The notes beneath the pieces are model-generated. The model did not search any database, was not told the origin of the DNA, and saw only the letters and a list, made by a program, of their open reading frames with translations. A stretch of DNA of 57,808 nt from a virus. Its lineage: Duplodnaviria > Caudoviricetes. The position numbers were made by a program, and so were the translations under genes. This document shows positions 1 through 8,370 of this stretch, piece by piece; within the stretch, counting starts at the first letter, position 1; each line of letters opens with the position of its first letter. The stretch spans positions 1-57,808 of the IMG/VR virus record IMGVR_UViG_3300044695_002920. One strand, written 5' to 3'.

Positions 1-425
1 ATCCTTGGCGCGGTAGTCCGAGGTGGTATTGTATGCCACCAATCCGCCCGCACGGTTGTAGGTAATTGAACCCCGTACCGAAGCCCCGGCTTCGGTGTAG
101 AACTTAATAAATACGTTATCGCCGGAAGTTGCTGCGTTCCATGCCGCGATAGTGTCGACAGTCGTGTCACTATTCCTAAACACCCCGGCGCGAGCGCCTG
201 CAGTTGCGGTGTCTACTTGGACCTTATCATCAGCACCCGCAATGCCACTCGATATCCCAACCAAGAAATTCCCGCTGCTGTCGATACGGGCGCGTTCTGT
301 GTTAGCGCCGCTGGCGTAGAAGACGAGGCCGCCACCTACATTGCCCACCCCAGACGAGCTAACTCCGGTGGGGTTAAAGGCCAGCTTAGCCGTGTTGGCC
401 GTGCTAGTTACGAGTACGTTGGCGT
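1..425. repeat. Terminal overlap, copy 1 (matches 57384-57808)
   Basis: Direct comparison at offset 57383: 11 mismatches within 1-298, and 299-425 identical (127 bp). Confidence 0.95.
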
Positions 426-3400
426 TATATACGCCGTCCAAACCACCATTTACTTCAACTTTTGCCTGTGGCGAACTTGTACCGATACCGACGTCACCCG
501 CGCCGCTGATGCGCATGCGCTCCGAGCCGTTGGTGGCAAAGCCGAGTGGGTTGGCAGTAGCGTTATCAATATACGCCGTGCCGTCGCCGCGCACATAGAA
601 ATAGGCGAAATTTGAACCTGCGCGAGCAAGATACCCTGCAGCGCCAGTGCCGCCAGTGGCTGTGGTATTCGTTATCCCGATATAGCTGGCCGAGGATGCG
701 GCGTCTGCGCGAACTTCTAGCGGATACGAGGGCGCATTGAGGTTAAAGCCGACATTGCCCGATGTGTCGATAACTTGGCGATAGAAAGCTGTGACGTCGT
801 CAAAAATTATGAACCCGTTTGCATCAGACCCTACGGTAAACTGTCGGTGAGATGTCGGGTTGAAGTTCATGTAGGCGCTTGTAGTGCCGCCAATCCCCAA
901 TATTCTTTGCGGCGAACTCGTACCAATCCCAACTAAGCCCGCACTGGTAATGCGCATGCGTTCTGCACCAGTGGTCTCAAAACTTACCGCACCCGTGCCT
1001 TCATACCCGACCGTTACACGCCCGGTGTTCCAAGTCAGATAGCCACTTTCGTTGTACGACCCAGTGACAACACTACTGCCCCAGCGGACAACACCATCGT
1101 TCTGGACACGGAAACGGCCTATAACTTGGAGGGGACTTTCCGGTATAATGGTACCGATCCCGACGTTGCCTGCGCTGGTAATAGTAAGTCGTTCTGCTGC
1201 TGCAACATTGTCAAATATGCTGTATGATGTAGCACCAGCAGTGCCGAGGATACCAGTAGCGTAGCGGAATGTCCCGGTGTCATCCCGGAAGCGTACATTA
1301 CCGCCATTGCCCGGATTGGCTGCTTTAGTCCCGCACCATATGGCGACATTATTTACGTCAAGACCGGGTGATGGCGAACTTGTATTAATGCCGACGTCGC
1401 CGCCAGCAGTGATACGCATGCGCTCGGTATTGTTAGTACCAAAAACCAATGGGTGGGCGGTTGTGGTGCGTAGGACGGTGCCTGCTACCACTGCGTTACC
1501 GGCGGCGTCGTTGAAGAGCTGTGAAGTCACAGGCCCACTGATAATATTGATACCCGCATACGCGGAGGTTGTACCCGCGTTGACGACCGTGATGCCGGTT
1601 AAAGAGCCCGCAGTGTTAGTGCGGGACAGGGACATATTACCGCCGTTGATATCCAGCAAAGACCCCGGCGTGCTCGTACCAATCCCGACGTTGCCGCCAT
1701 TAGGTTGGAGGAGAAGGTCGTAGTTTGTAGCCGTGCCATCCCAGCGAGTTGCCTGTAGATAAGCGTTGCCGTTAGTAACCGCGCCTGTCGCAAGGCCATA
1801 ACCAACCGTACCAAATGCGGTGCAATGCCCACCGGCACCTGCAGCAGGGACCGTGATTGGGTTAGCATATGTAACCAGAAACTTATTATTGGCCGCAGTC
1901 GTGCCGATCATGACATTGCCTGCGCTGTCGATACGCATGCGCTCAGTGGTGTCAGTAGCTAAAAGGAGGGGGAGGCCGACGTCCGAGGCTACAGTCAAAG
2001 AACCTGCCTGTGCTTGGATATAACCTCTACGGGTGCCCCCTGTATACCACGACACATATGGGCTGCCTGCGCCGGTTACCCGCACGATTTCATCAAAAGA
2101 GCTACTTGAGACTTCAAGGCTTGCAGAAGGCGAAGTAGTACCAATCCCGACGTTGCCGCCGCTGGTGATGCGCATGCGTTCTACGCCACCGGTGCCGTCC
2201 CAAATATGCTGGATGTTGTTCACCGCATCCTTGGTGATGTAGTAGCCATTTGACTGGCCCGTGACACCAAATAGTGCAACATTGCCGGAATACGCGCCTT
2301 GGCCTACAGTGACACGGATACCATTTGCCGCGTCGGTGCGGGTAACCTCCAGCCTCGCCCCTGACGAACTCGAACCAATCCCTACGTCACCTGCACTGGT
2401 GATGCGCATGGCTTCATTGCCGCTAATCTGAAATACATGCTGAAGAGCGCTGTAGGTCAGTTGGGTGTATGCAGCACCGCTGCGGTTGTAGGACTGGATG
2501 ACGGGTGCAGAAGCCACTGCGGTCGGGTCAATTTCCAACCCTGCTGCGCCAGCGTTAGAGACAACAAATTTTAGTTGTGGCGAAGTCGTACCAATCCCAA
2601 CATCGCCCGCGCTCGTCAAGTCCATCGCGCGAGTAGTACCGGCAGTGCTGACATACCATGTGTGCGCAGAGGAATATGTGGTTCGTGAGGTGTATAGCGC
2701 TGTGGTACGGTTATAGGTCGATACGGTTGCCCCGCCGCCGAGACCGCCAGTGGCGTTTATTTCGTAACCCTCTGCACTAGCATTACTGACCACAAACTGA
2801 ACGGACGGATTGCTTGTACCAATCCCGACATTACCCGCAGCGGTGATGCGCATGCGCTCAAGTTCGCCCCCTCCGTTTGGAGTGGTCTGGAAGGCAAGGT
2901 ACGCGCCGGTAGCATTATACGCACTCAAGTCGGTAGCATTGGCATTGGCGCGCATGGTCAGCAGAGTAGCGCCATCCGTGCTTGCATTTATGTTTCCGCG
3001 TACCGCCAGTTTGCCGTAGCTGCTGGGGATTGTAGTACCGATGCCGACGTTACCTGATGCGTCAATACGCATGCGTTCGGTGCCGCTGTTGCCGAAGGTA
3101 AGTACGTTTGTTGATGCTGGGTTCTGGATGATCCAGCTCTCGTTGGCGTCCTGTATAAGCTGGATACCAGCAGCGGTACCAGACAGGGTGTTTACCATCA
3201 GCTTCGAGGTGCTGCTCGCTACGCCTTCGCCTACTTTGGTATTGCCAGCAACGGTAAGGCGCTCAGTCGGTGAACTGGTGGCAACCCCCAGCCGACCATT
3301 CACGTTATCCCAAAACAGGTTCGAGTTGCTCTGTGAATACACGCCCGAAGCGCCTGCGAACACAACGGAACCAGCGGTGAAGGCGGTGGCCGTGCCCGTG

Positions 3401-4890
3401 CCGCCATTAGCAACACCAAGCGTACCGGCAACAGTGATAGCGCCAGTGGTAGCCGTGGCGGGCGTGAGGCCGGTAGAGCCGAAGCTGAGCGAGGTGACGC
3501 CGATACCGCTGAGTGCAGTCCATGATGGAGCCGCGCCTGTGTTGCCTACGAGAACCTGACCAGTCGCACCAACGGCAGTGATCTGTATAGCAGAAGTGCC
3601 GTTACCGAGCAGGATGCCATTTGCCGTCAGTGTGGCTGCGCCTGTGCCCCCCTGTGGCACGGACAGCGGCGTCGTGAGGCCGGTGAGTGACGTGATGTCG
3701 GAGTTTGCGCCCGACTTCGCCGCCGATATCGCGGAGCGCGCAGCCGCCTCGCTCACTGCCGTGAACAGGCTCGAGCCGATGCCCGTAGCGCCGAGGTTGG
3801 TACGCGCGGACGGTGCGTTGTTCGCACCCGTGCCGCCCTGCGTCACCGGCAGGATCCCCGCGAAGGTGACCGCCGTGGTGGCCGGAATAATGTCCGTGCC
3901 GTCGCAGTACAATATGCTCGTGGACGCCTGCGTGACAGGCGTGGACGTCCCGCTGCCCGCCGCTCTCAGGCTGAGCGTGAAGGATCCCGTCGTGGCGTTG
4001 TTCACCCAGTACTGCTGCACAGTGGCAGGCACGACGATGGTGACGTTCGACACAAGCGTGCCGGTGAACTTGTACGCGATGCGGTTCAGTTCCGAGCCGC
4101 TGAGCGTGTACGTGCCGCCAGTGACGGCAATGGAGGTGTAGTCAAACGCGAAGACAGCCTGCTGGCCGAGGCCGATCGTATACCACTGCGTGCCGTTGCT
4201 GACGATGACAGCGCTGTCGCCGGGCTGCAGGTTGAGCGTCGAGCCTGCGTTGATGAGTTCCGTGCCCGACGGGTCGATGGTCAGGTCGCCTTGGCCCGCA
4301 TTGCGGACCTGCACGAACCAGCCGTCACCCGCGCTGGGCGCGGAGGGCAGGTTGAGCGTGCCGAGGCCGCCGTCCCAGATGAAGACCTTCGCGCGGTCGG
4401 GCGCGGTGAGGGTGTAGGGCGTGACGGAGAAGTCAATGACTTCGTAATTCTGCGCGAGCTGCGACCCCTCGGTGATGAGGCCCGGACCCGCGAGTGCGGC
4501 GGCCTGAGCCTGCGCAGTGGACGCGCCATAGCGCAGCGTGCGCCAAGTGCCGCCGACCGTCGCGTTGTCGATGAGGTAGGCCTGCCACTGCTCGCCAGCC
4601 GCGATGCTCAGGATCGCACCGCCGTCTGCCTTAACAATGAAGACCGTGTTCGGGCCGATGTTGTTGAACAGGACCGTCTGGCCGACGCTGACAGACGTCG
4701 CCTCGGGCATGGTGATCGTGTACGAGCCGGTGGGCGTGATGTCGATGATGCGCGCGACGACAGTGCTTCCGGCAGTAGCCTCGAGGGGCCACTCCAGCGA
4801 CGTGTTGGCGGTGAGGGCGAGAGCCAGATAGGAGACGTCGGCGGGGTAGATCGTCGTGCCGCCGAAGACCTGTGTGAAACTGTTGGGCAT
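1..4890 (-). CDS. Long modular tail fibre, N-terminal part; continues across the junction into 57111-57808 (~1720 aa in total). Not listed in the ORF track
   Basis: ATG at 4890 (MPNSFTQVFGGTTIYPADVSY...). The track lists no terminated ORF in this frame, implying it runs off the edge. Repeated ERMRIxSxGNVGIGT motifs; frame matches ORF 57111..57731. Confidence 0.9.
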   Translation of the reverse strand, partial: MPNSFTQVFGGTTIYPADVSYLALALTANTSLEWPLEATAGSTVVARIIDITPTGSYTITMPEATSVSVGQTVLFNNIGPNTVFIVKADGGAILSIAAGEQWQAYLIDNATVGGTWRTLRYGASTAQAQAAALAGPGLITEGSQLAQNYEVIDFSVTPYTLTAPDRAKVFIWDGGLGTLNLPSAPSAGDGWFVQVRNAGQGDLTIDPSGTELINAGSTLNLQPGDSAVIVSNGTQWYTIGLGQQAVFAFDYTSIAVTGGTYTLSGSELNRIAYKFTGTLVSNVTIVVPATVQQYWVNNATTGSFTLSLRAAGSGTSTPVTQASTSILYCDGTDIIPATTAVTFAGILPVTQGGTGANNAPSARTNLGATGIGSSLFTAVSEAAARSAISAAKSGANSDITSLTGLTTPLSVPQGGTGAATLTANGILLGNGTSAIQITAVGATGQVLVGNTGAAPSWTALSGIGVTSLSFGSTGLTPATATTGAITVAGTLGVANGGTGTATAFTAGSVVFAGASGVYSQSNSNLFWDNVNGRLGVATSSPTERLTVAGNTKVGEGVASSTSKLMVNTLSGTAAGIQLIQDANESWIIQNPASTNVLTFGNSGTERMRIDASGNVGIGTTIPSSYGKLAVRGNINASTDGATLLTMRANANATDLSAYNATGAYLAFQTTPNGGGELERMRITAAGNVGIGTSNPSVQFVVSNASAEGYEINATGGLGGGATVSTYNRTTALYTSRTTYSSAHTWYVSTAGTTRAMDLTSAGDVGIGTTSPQLKFVVSNAGAAGLEIDPTAVASAPVIQSYNRSGAAYTQLTYSALQHVFQISGNEAMRITSAGDVGIGSSSSGARLEVTRTDAANGIRVTVGQGAYSGNVALFGVTGQSNGYYITKDAVNNIQHIWDGTGGVERMRITSGGNVGIGTTSPSASLEVSSSSFDEIVRVTGAGSPYVSWYTGGTRRGYIQAQAGSLTVASDVGLPLLLATDTTERMRIDSAGNVMIGTTAANNKFLVTYANPITVPAAGAGGHCTAFGTVGYGLATGAVTNGNAYLQATRWDGTATNYDLLLQPNGGNVGIGTSTPGSLLDINGGNMSLSRTNTAGSLTGITVVNAGTTSAYAGINIISGPVTSQLFNDAAGNAVVAGTVLRTTTAHPLVFGTNNTERMRITAGGDVGINTSSPSPGLDVNNVAIWCGTKAANPGNGGNVRFRDDTGTFRYATGILGTAGATSYSIFDNVAAAERLTITSAGNVGIGTIIPESPLQVIGRFRVQNDGVVRWGSSVVTGSYNESGYLTWNTGRVTVGYEGTGAVSFETTGAERMRITSAGLVGIGTSSPQRILGIGGTTSAYMNFNPTSHRQFTVGSDANGFIIFDDVTAFYRQVIDTSGNVGFNLNAPSYPLEVRADAASSASYIGITNTTATGGTGAAGYLARAGSNFAYFYVRGDGTAYIDNATANPLGFATNGSERMRISGAGDVGIGTSSPQAKVEVNGGLDGVYNANVLVTSTANTAKLAFNPTGVSSSGVGNVGGGLVFYASGANTERARIDSSGNFLVGISSGIAGADDKVQVDTATAGARAGVFRNSDTTVDTIAAWNAATSGDNVFIKFYTEAGASVRGSITYNRAGGLVAYNTTSDYRAKD

Positions 4891-4895
4891 TCTCT

Positions 4896-5549
4896 TTAAG
4901 CCTCCTTGCGCGTGGCGCTGCGGTCGAGGATTTTCGCGAGATCCTCCCCGTTCAACATCGCCGCCGAGCGATCATACATATTTTGCCACACCGGAATGCG
5001 CTCGTCGTTCTTGAGGAACGGCGTCGCCTCGAGGAGCGTGCCGTAGAGCAGCACTTCCGGTGCGTTTTCGGTGAGCCAGTTGGTTTGGCTGTCCTCGTCG
5101 AGGAGGGCGGGCAACTGGTAATACAGTATTTCTACTGGGTACTCGATGTCGGCCGTGGGCGCGACCAACCAATGATTATAGTCATAGTCCGCGTAGAAGA
5201 TCGGCTCATCGGTCTGGGTGGCGTCGGGCCAGTAGCTGCGCAGATAATCATAGCTGCGCGTGTAGAGCGGCTTGCGCGTGTCGCCATTGACGCCGGTGCC
5301 GATGAAGACGGACACCGTGTCGCGCCAGCGGTCGGGCTTGGGGATGACTGACGAGTTGGGCAATATGGACGTCGTGACGACGTTGATGAAGCCTTGGATT
5401 TTCAGCTCGCGGGCGATGCGCCGCTCGGCCAGATTGATCAGGCGCGGGATCTGCTCGAAGACGATCGGATCCGAGGCGAGGGTGTTCCCCCGCTCCAGAT
5501 AGCGCTGGACGTCCTGTTTCAACGTCGTGAATGTCATCGCAGTGGCCAT
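4896..5549 (-). CDS. Tail tubular/adaptor protein (podovirus gp11/gp4-like)
   Basis: 217 aa with the TNWL..APEVLLYGTLLEATPFLKNDER pattern; lies immediately upstream of the tail fibre. Confidence 0.65.
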   Translation of the reverse strand: MATAMTFTTLKQDVQRYLERGNTLASDPIVFEQIPRLINLAERRIARELKIQGFINVVTTSILPNSSVIPKPDRWRDTVSVFIGTGVNGDTRKPLYTRSYDYLRSYWPDATQTDEPIFYADYDYNHWLVAPTADIEYPVEILYYQLPALLDEDSQTNWLTENAPEVLLYGTLLEATPFLKNDERIPVWQNMYDRSAAMLNGEDLAKILDRSATRKEA

Positions 5550-5584
5550 GGTGGCACCCTTCTAACACATTTTGGCGGGTGTTC

Positions 5585-5752
5585 CTACCCGCCGAGATAC
5601 TGGGATAGCGCCCCCGCGACAGTTGCCACAACAGCCAAACCGGCCGCGACTTTGGTCTTCTTTCCGCGCTTCTTCGGCGCTTCATCCATCGGCAGGATCT
5701 GCTTCGCGGCCTCTTCCACGACCACCTTCTTGATCAGTTTCTTCAGGTTCAT
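5585..5752 (-). CDS. Small basic protein with C-terminal hydrophobic helix (55 aa), lysis-cluster associated
   Basis: Hand translation MNLKKLIKK...VAAGLAVVATVAGALSQYLGG; GGAGG SD upstream. Confidence 0.7.
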   Translation of the reverse strand: MNLKKLIKKVVVEEAAKQILPMDEAPKKRGKKTKVAAGLAVVATVAGALSQYLGG

Positions 5753-5762
5753 GCTAACCTCC

Positions 5763-6374
5763 TTACAGCCAAGTAGCGTACTTTTTGGTCTTCAGTTTGC
5801 GGTCGTCGAGGCCGTGCGTGCCACCGTTGATCCGCTTCGTCAGCGCGAGGATCGCGCCGTCACTGACGCCCTGATCGCAGATGCCCCAGAGCTTGTTGCG
5901 GTCGAAGAACCACAGCGCGCTCTCGAAGCAGAGTTCACCAGCCACAAGGTCTGGATTTGTCATCACGTCGGGGCGGTTGATATAGTTGGCGAAGGCTTGG
6001 TAGTTGTCATGCCCGGTGAGTTGGAGGGCACCCCTGCCTCGGAATTTCCACCCGTCGCCACTGCTTTCGGGGCCATTGCCCATGCGGTTGGCGTACACGC
6101 GGTTTGCGATTTTCATCGGCTGCCGTGCGTAGGCGTTGGCCAGAGCGTCGGTCGGGAAATACTTGCGGAAGACGCCGCGCAGCCCCTTGGCGCTGTAGTT
6201 CAGGTTCTCGCTGAACGCCTTGAAATTTCCGCTCTCATGCGCCGTTTGAGCAAAGAAATGCGCAGCCCGATTAGGTGATAGCTTATAGAAAGCCGCAGCC
6301 GCCTTAAGTGTTCCCGGACCAAACGCGCCATCTGCGGTTACTCCAATCTTCTGCTGTAAGTTTACGAGGCTCAT
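5763..6374 (-). CDS. Endolysin, glycoside hydrolase family 19, with N-terminal peptidoglycan-binding motif
   Basis: LQQKIGVTADGAFGPGT; AHFFAQTAHES; DGWKFRGRGALQLTG; TKRINGGTHGLDDR. Confidence 0.92.
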   Translation of the reverse strand: MSLVNLQQKIGVTADGAFGPGTLKAAAAFYKLSPNRAAHFFAQTAHESGNFKAFSENLNYSAKGLRGVFRKYFPTDALANAYARQPMKIANRVYANRMGNGPESSGDGWKFRGRGALQLTGHDNYQAFANYINRPDVMTNPDLVAGELCFESALWFFDRNKLWGICDQGVSDGAILALTKRINGGTHGLDDRKLKTKKYATWL

Positions 6375-6853
6375 TTGCCAGCACTCCGCCAATCAGGAAA
6401 GTCATCTTCGTCGACCACACCGTCGCCGTTGGCGTCGTAGCGCAGGTCGTTGCGGTACTTCTCCCACGGCTCCATCTCGTCGTCCTCTTCAGGCTCGTCG
6501 ATGAAGACAGTGCCCTGCGGGTCGTCGTAGGTCTTCGGCGTGAGGTCAAGCGGCGGGGGATCGCGCTCCGGCTCAGGCTCGACAGGCTCCGCCTTGTCGC
6601 GCGCATTGGCGTTTAGGCTCAGGCCGCCCAGCAGGCCGACAAAGGCACCGATGATGGTCTGGAAGGCGGGGTTGACCATGTCGAGGATGGCGGCGCTTTC
6701 GACGACGTCGTTCGGCAGGAAAAGCCCTGCGACGAGCGCCACAACCACCACGAGGATGACTGCCGACAGGGTTACAATAGCCACGCGGACCACGAACTCG
6801 ACGGTGTCATTGACGCCCTCTTGCTTGCTCTCAAAGCCACTAAGAAAACTCAT
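6371..6853 (-). CDS. Two-TM membrane protein (holin-like) with acidic tail and EF-hand-like loop
   Basis: Two hydrophobic helices; C-terminal DANGDGVVDEDD. Confidence 0.7.
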   Translation of the reverse strand: MSFLSGFESKQEGVNDTVEFVVRVAIVTLSAVILVVVVALVAGLFLPNDVVESAAILDMVNPAFQTIIGAFVGLLGGLSLNANARDKAEPVEPEPERDPPPLDLTPKTYDDPQGTVFIDEPEEDDEMEPWEKYRNDLRYDANGDGVVDEDDFPDWRSAGK

Positions 6854-7137
6854 TACTTGTCCTCTTCTTCTTCTTCCTTCGGCGCGGGCTTGCCATTCAT
6901 AGGCCCGCTGCCCTGCCCCGCCATCAATCCTGCCAATGCGCCGACTATGAATGTAGCAATCGGGTTAATCAGCTTAAAAAACTCTGCGTCATTAGGTGCC
7001 TGTCCATCCATCGGCTGCGACACGAAAATCAGCGAATACAGCACTGTCGCGACAATGAACATGAGCGTGATCGAGAGGACCACACCCACGATAAACCTCA
7101 ACAATTCCTCCGGCGTCCACTCATCTACTGGCTTCAT
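6853..7137 (-). CDS. Two-TM holin-like protein
   Basis: 94 aa, two hydrophobic segments, charged C-terminus; resembles the neighbouring 6371 gene (NPxxxxIxGAxxGL). Confidence 0.65.
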   Translation of the reverse strand: MKPVDEWTPEELLRFIVGVVLSITLMFIVATVLYSLIFVSQPMDGQAPNDAEFFKLINPIATFIVGALAGLMAGQGSGPMNGKPAPKEEEEEDK

Positions 7138-7312
7138 CTGTAGTCTCGTCGGTCGTAACCAGATACTCGGTGCAGTACCCAGACGCTATACACTTAGGCT
7201 TCTGGCACTCCGGCACTTCCCAGTTATCTGGATCTTGGCAATCATAGCGGAAGCGATCCTCGCACCCCATGAGGAGCACGGACGCCCCGATGAGGATTGC
7301 GACGCGCATCAT
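7121..7312 (-). CDS. Small Cys-rich lipoprotein (possible o-spanin)
   Basis: Signal peptide II-like RVAILIGASVLLMG-C. Confidence 0.6.
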   Translation of the reverse strand: MMRVAILIGASVLLMGCEDRFRYDCQDPDNWEVPECQKPKCIASGYCTEYLVTTDETTDEASR

Positions 7313-7596
7313 TCCCGGTCTTCCTTCTGCTCTAGGCGCTTGAATATCACGCCCAACGTGGTGTCGACCTTGTCGAAGCCCGCCTTCATGTCGGTGCGCA
7401 GCTCCTTCATTGTCTCGCGTATCTCGCGCACAGCCTCACGAAAGTCGTCCTTGCGGACGTAGACCTCGGGTAGGTCGCGCTCAATCTGCTTGACGTCTTG
7501 TTTGAGATCCGTGACCGCATCCCACACAACCTTCAGGATCCAGCCCACGGCCGCCCCGAAACCTGCAAATAACCAATTGAGCACGTCCTGCGTCAC
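7309..7596 (-). CDS. N-terminal TM plus coiled-coil protein (holin/i-spanin-like)
   Basis: Hydrophobic N-terminal helix followed by heptad-rich sequence; lysis-cluster position. Confidence 0.6.
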   Translation of the reverse strand: MTQDVLNWLFAGFGAAVGWILKVVWDAVTDLKQDVKQIERDLPEVYVRKDDFREAVREIRETMKELRTDMKAGFDKVDTTLGVIFKRLEQKEDRE

Positions 7597-7946
7597 TTCA
7601 AGTTCTCCAACTTGTAGATCGTGCGGAGGTACACTTCGGTGACGCCGTCGACGAGGTTACCGATGGCCCGGTTACCGCCGCAAATCTTCTCGTGATGCTC
7701 TTCGATCCATTCCGCGTCACCCTTCAGGACGTCGAGCACCTCGGACTTGGTGTCCTTGGGTGCTGGGATCGAGCCGACCAGACCGTTGACGGCCTGATGC
7801 GCCTCGACGAGGCTGTCAATCGCGTCGATGACGTCGTCGTAGAAGCCGCCCAGCGCCTGATGTTGGCTGTAGCTCTTCGTGCGCCAGTGGTTCCAATGCG
7901 CGAGGTTGCGCGCGTAGAAGACGCGGCTGATAAGTTGCTCAATCAT
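7593..7946 (-). CDS. Ferritin/Dps-like four-helix protein (DUF5856-like)
   Basis: HWNHWRTKSYSQHQALGGFYD...DSLVE and terminal TIYKLENLK pattern. Confidence 0.7.
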   Translation of the reverse strand: MIEQLISRVFYARNLAHWNHWRTKSYSQHQALGGFYDDVIDAIDSLVEAHQAVNGLVGSIPAPKDTKSEVLDVLKGDAEWIEEHHEKICGGNRAIGNLVDGVTEVYLRTIYKLENLK

Positions 7947-7966
7947 GGTGCGGATCCTTCCATTTT

Positions 7967-8008
7967 GGCGGCATCGGCGGTGAGGGAAAGACGACCGCCG
8001 ATGCCGCC
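7967..8008. promoter_or_regulatory. Perfect 15-bp stem-loop upstream of the ferritin-like/lysis cluster
   Basis: GGCGGCATCGGCGGT (7967-7981) pairs with ACCGCCGATGCCGCC (7994-8008); 12-nt loop. Confidence 0.6.
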
Positions 8009-8064
8009 GCCACGCAAGGGGAGCGCGCCTTGGGTGGTATCGCTAAGGGGCGCGCGTGGCATGC

Positions 8065-8370
8065 TCAGTCCCCGTCAAAAACAATGAAATCGTCGCCCTC
8101 GTCCACAACCTCGAAGAGCGCCATTACTGGGGCCGGTGCCGCGACGCCGGTGAGAGGCTCATCGGGGCGCACGAAGGGCAGCGTGATAGTCTCGGTCTGC
8201 CGAGCGGGCAGGCGGTAGGGGTCGAACTGGTCGAGATCCGCGCGGCACACGCGCAGGCCGGGGTAGTTAGGGTCTGACTGCAGCTCGTGCAGCGGGAATT
8301 TGCGGCTGCAGCGGCTGCATATCCCTATGCCCAGCGTGGGGTTGCCCTGCGTGTTCAGGAAGACCGGCAT
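8065..8370 (-). CDS. Conserved phage structural-cluster protein with CxxC (101 aa)
   Basis: MPVFLNTQGN...ICSRCSRKF; TGATG coupling to the upstream gene fixes the start at 8370. Confidence 0.75.
   Translation of the reverse strand: MPVFLNTQGNPTLGIGICSRCSRKFPLHELQSDPNYPGLRVCRADLDQFDPYRLPARQTETITLPFVRPDEPLTGVAAPAPVMALFEVVDEGDDFIVFDGD

Noticed and set aside
1-298. Diversity-generating retroelement TR/VR pair at the fibre tip
   Set aside because: Mismatches are mostly synonymous and not adenine-specific, and no reverse transcriptase gene is present.
255-3300. CRISPR array
   Set aside because: Repeats are degenerate at third codon positions, spacers are ~200 nt and in frame, and there is no cas operon; DUF2800 is a replication-module nuclease.
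217-4899. Many short plus-strand ORFs with VPIPT/MRMRS motifs
   Set aside because: They are antisense shadows of the minus-strand tail-fibre repeats.
7943-8062. 39-aa minus-strand ORF across the hairpin
   Set aside because: No clear SD, and the sequence is explained by the inverted repeat; left uncalled.
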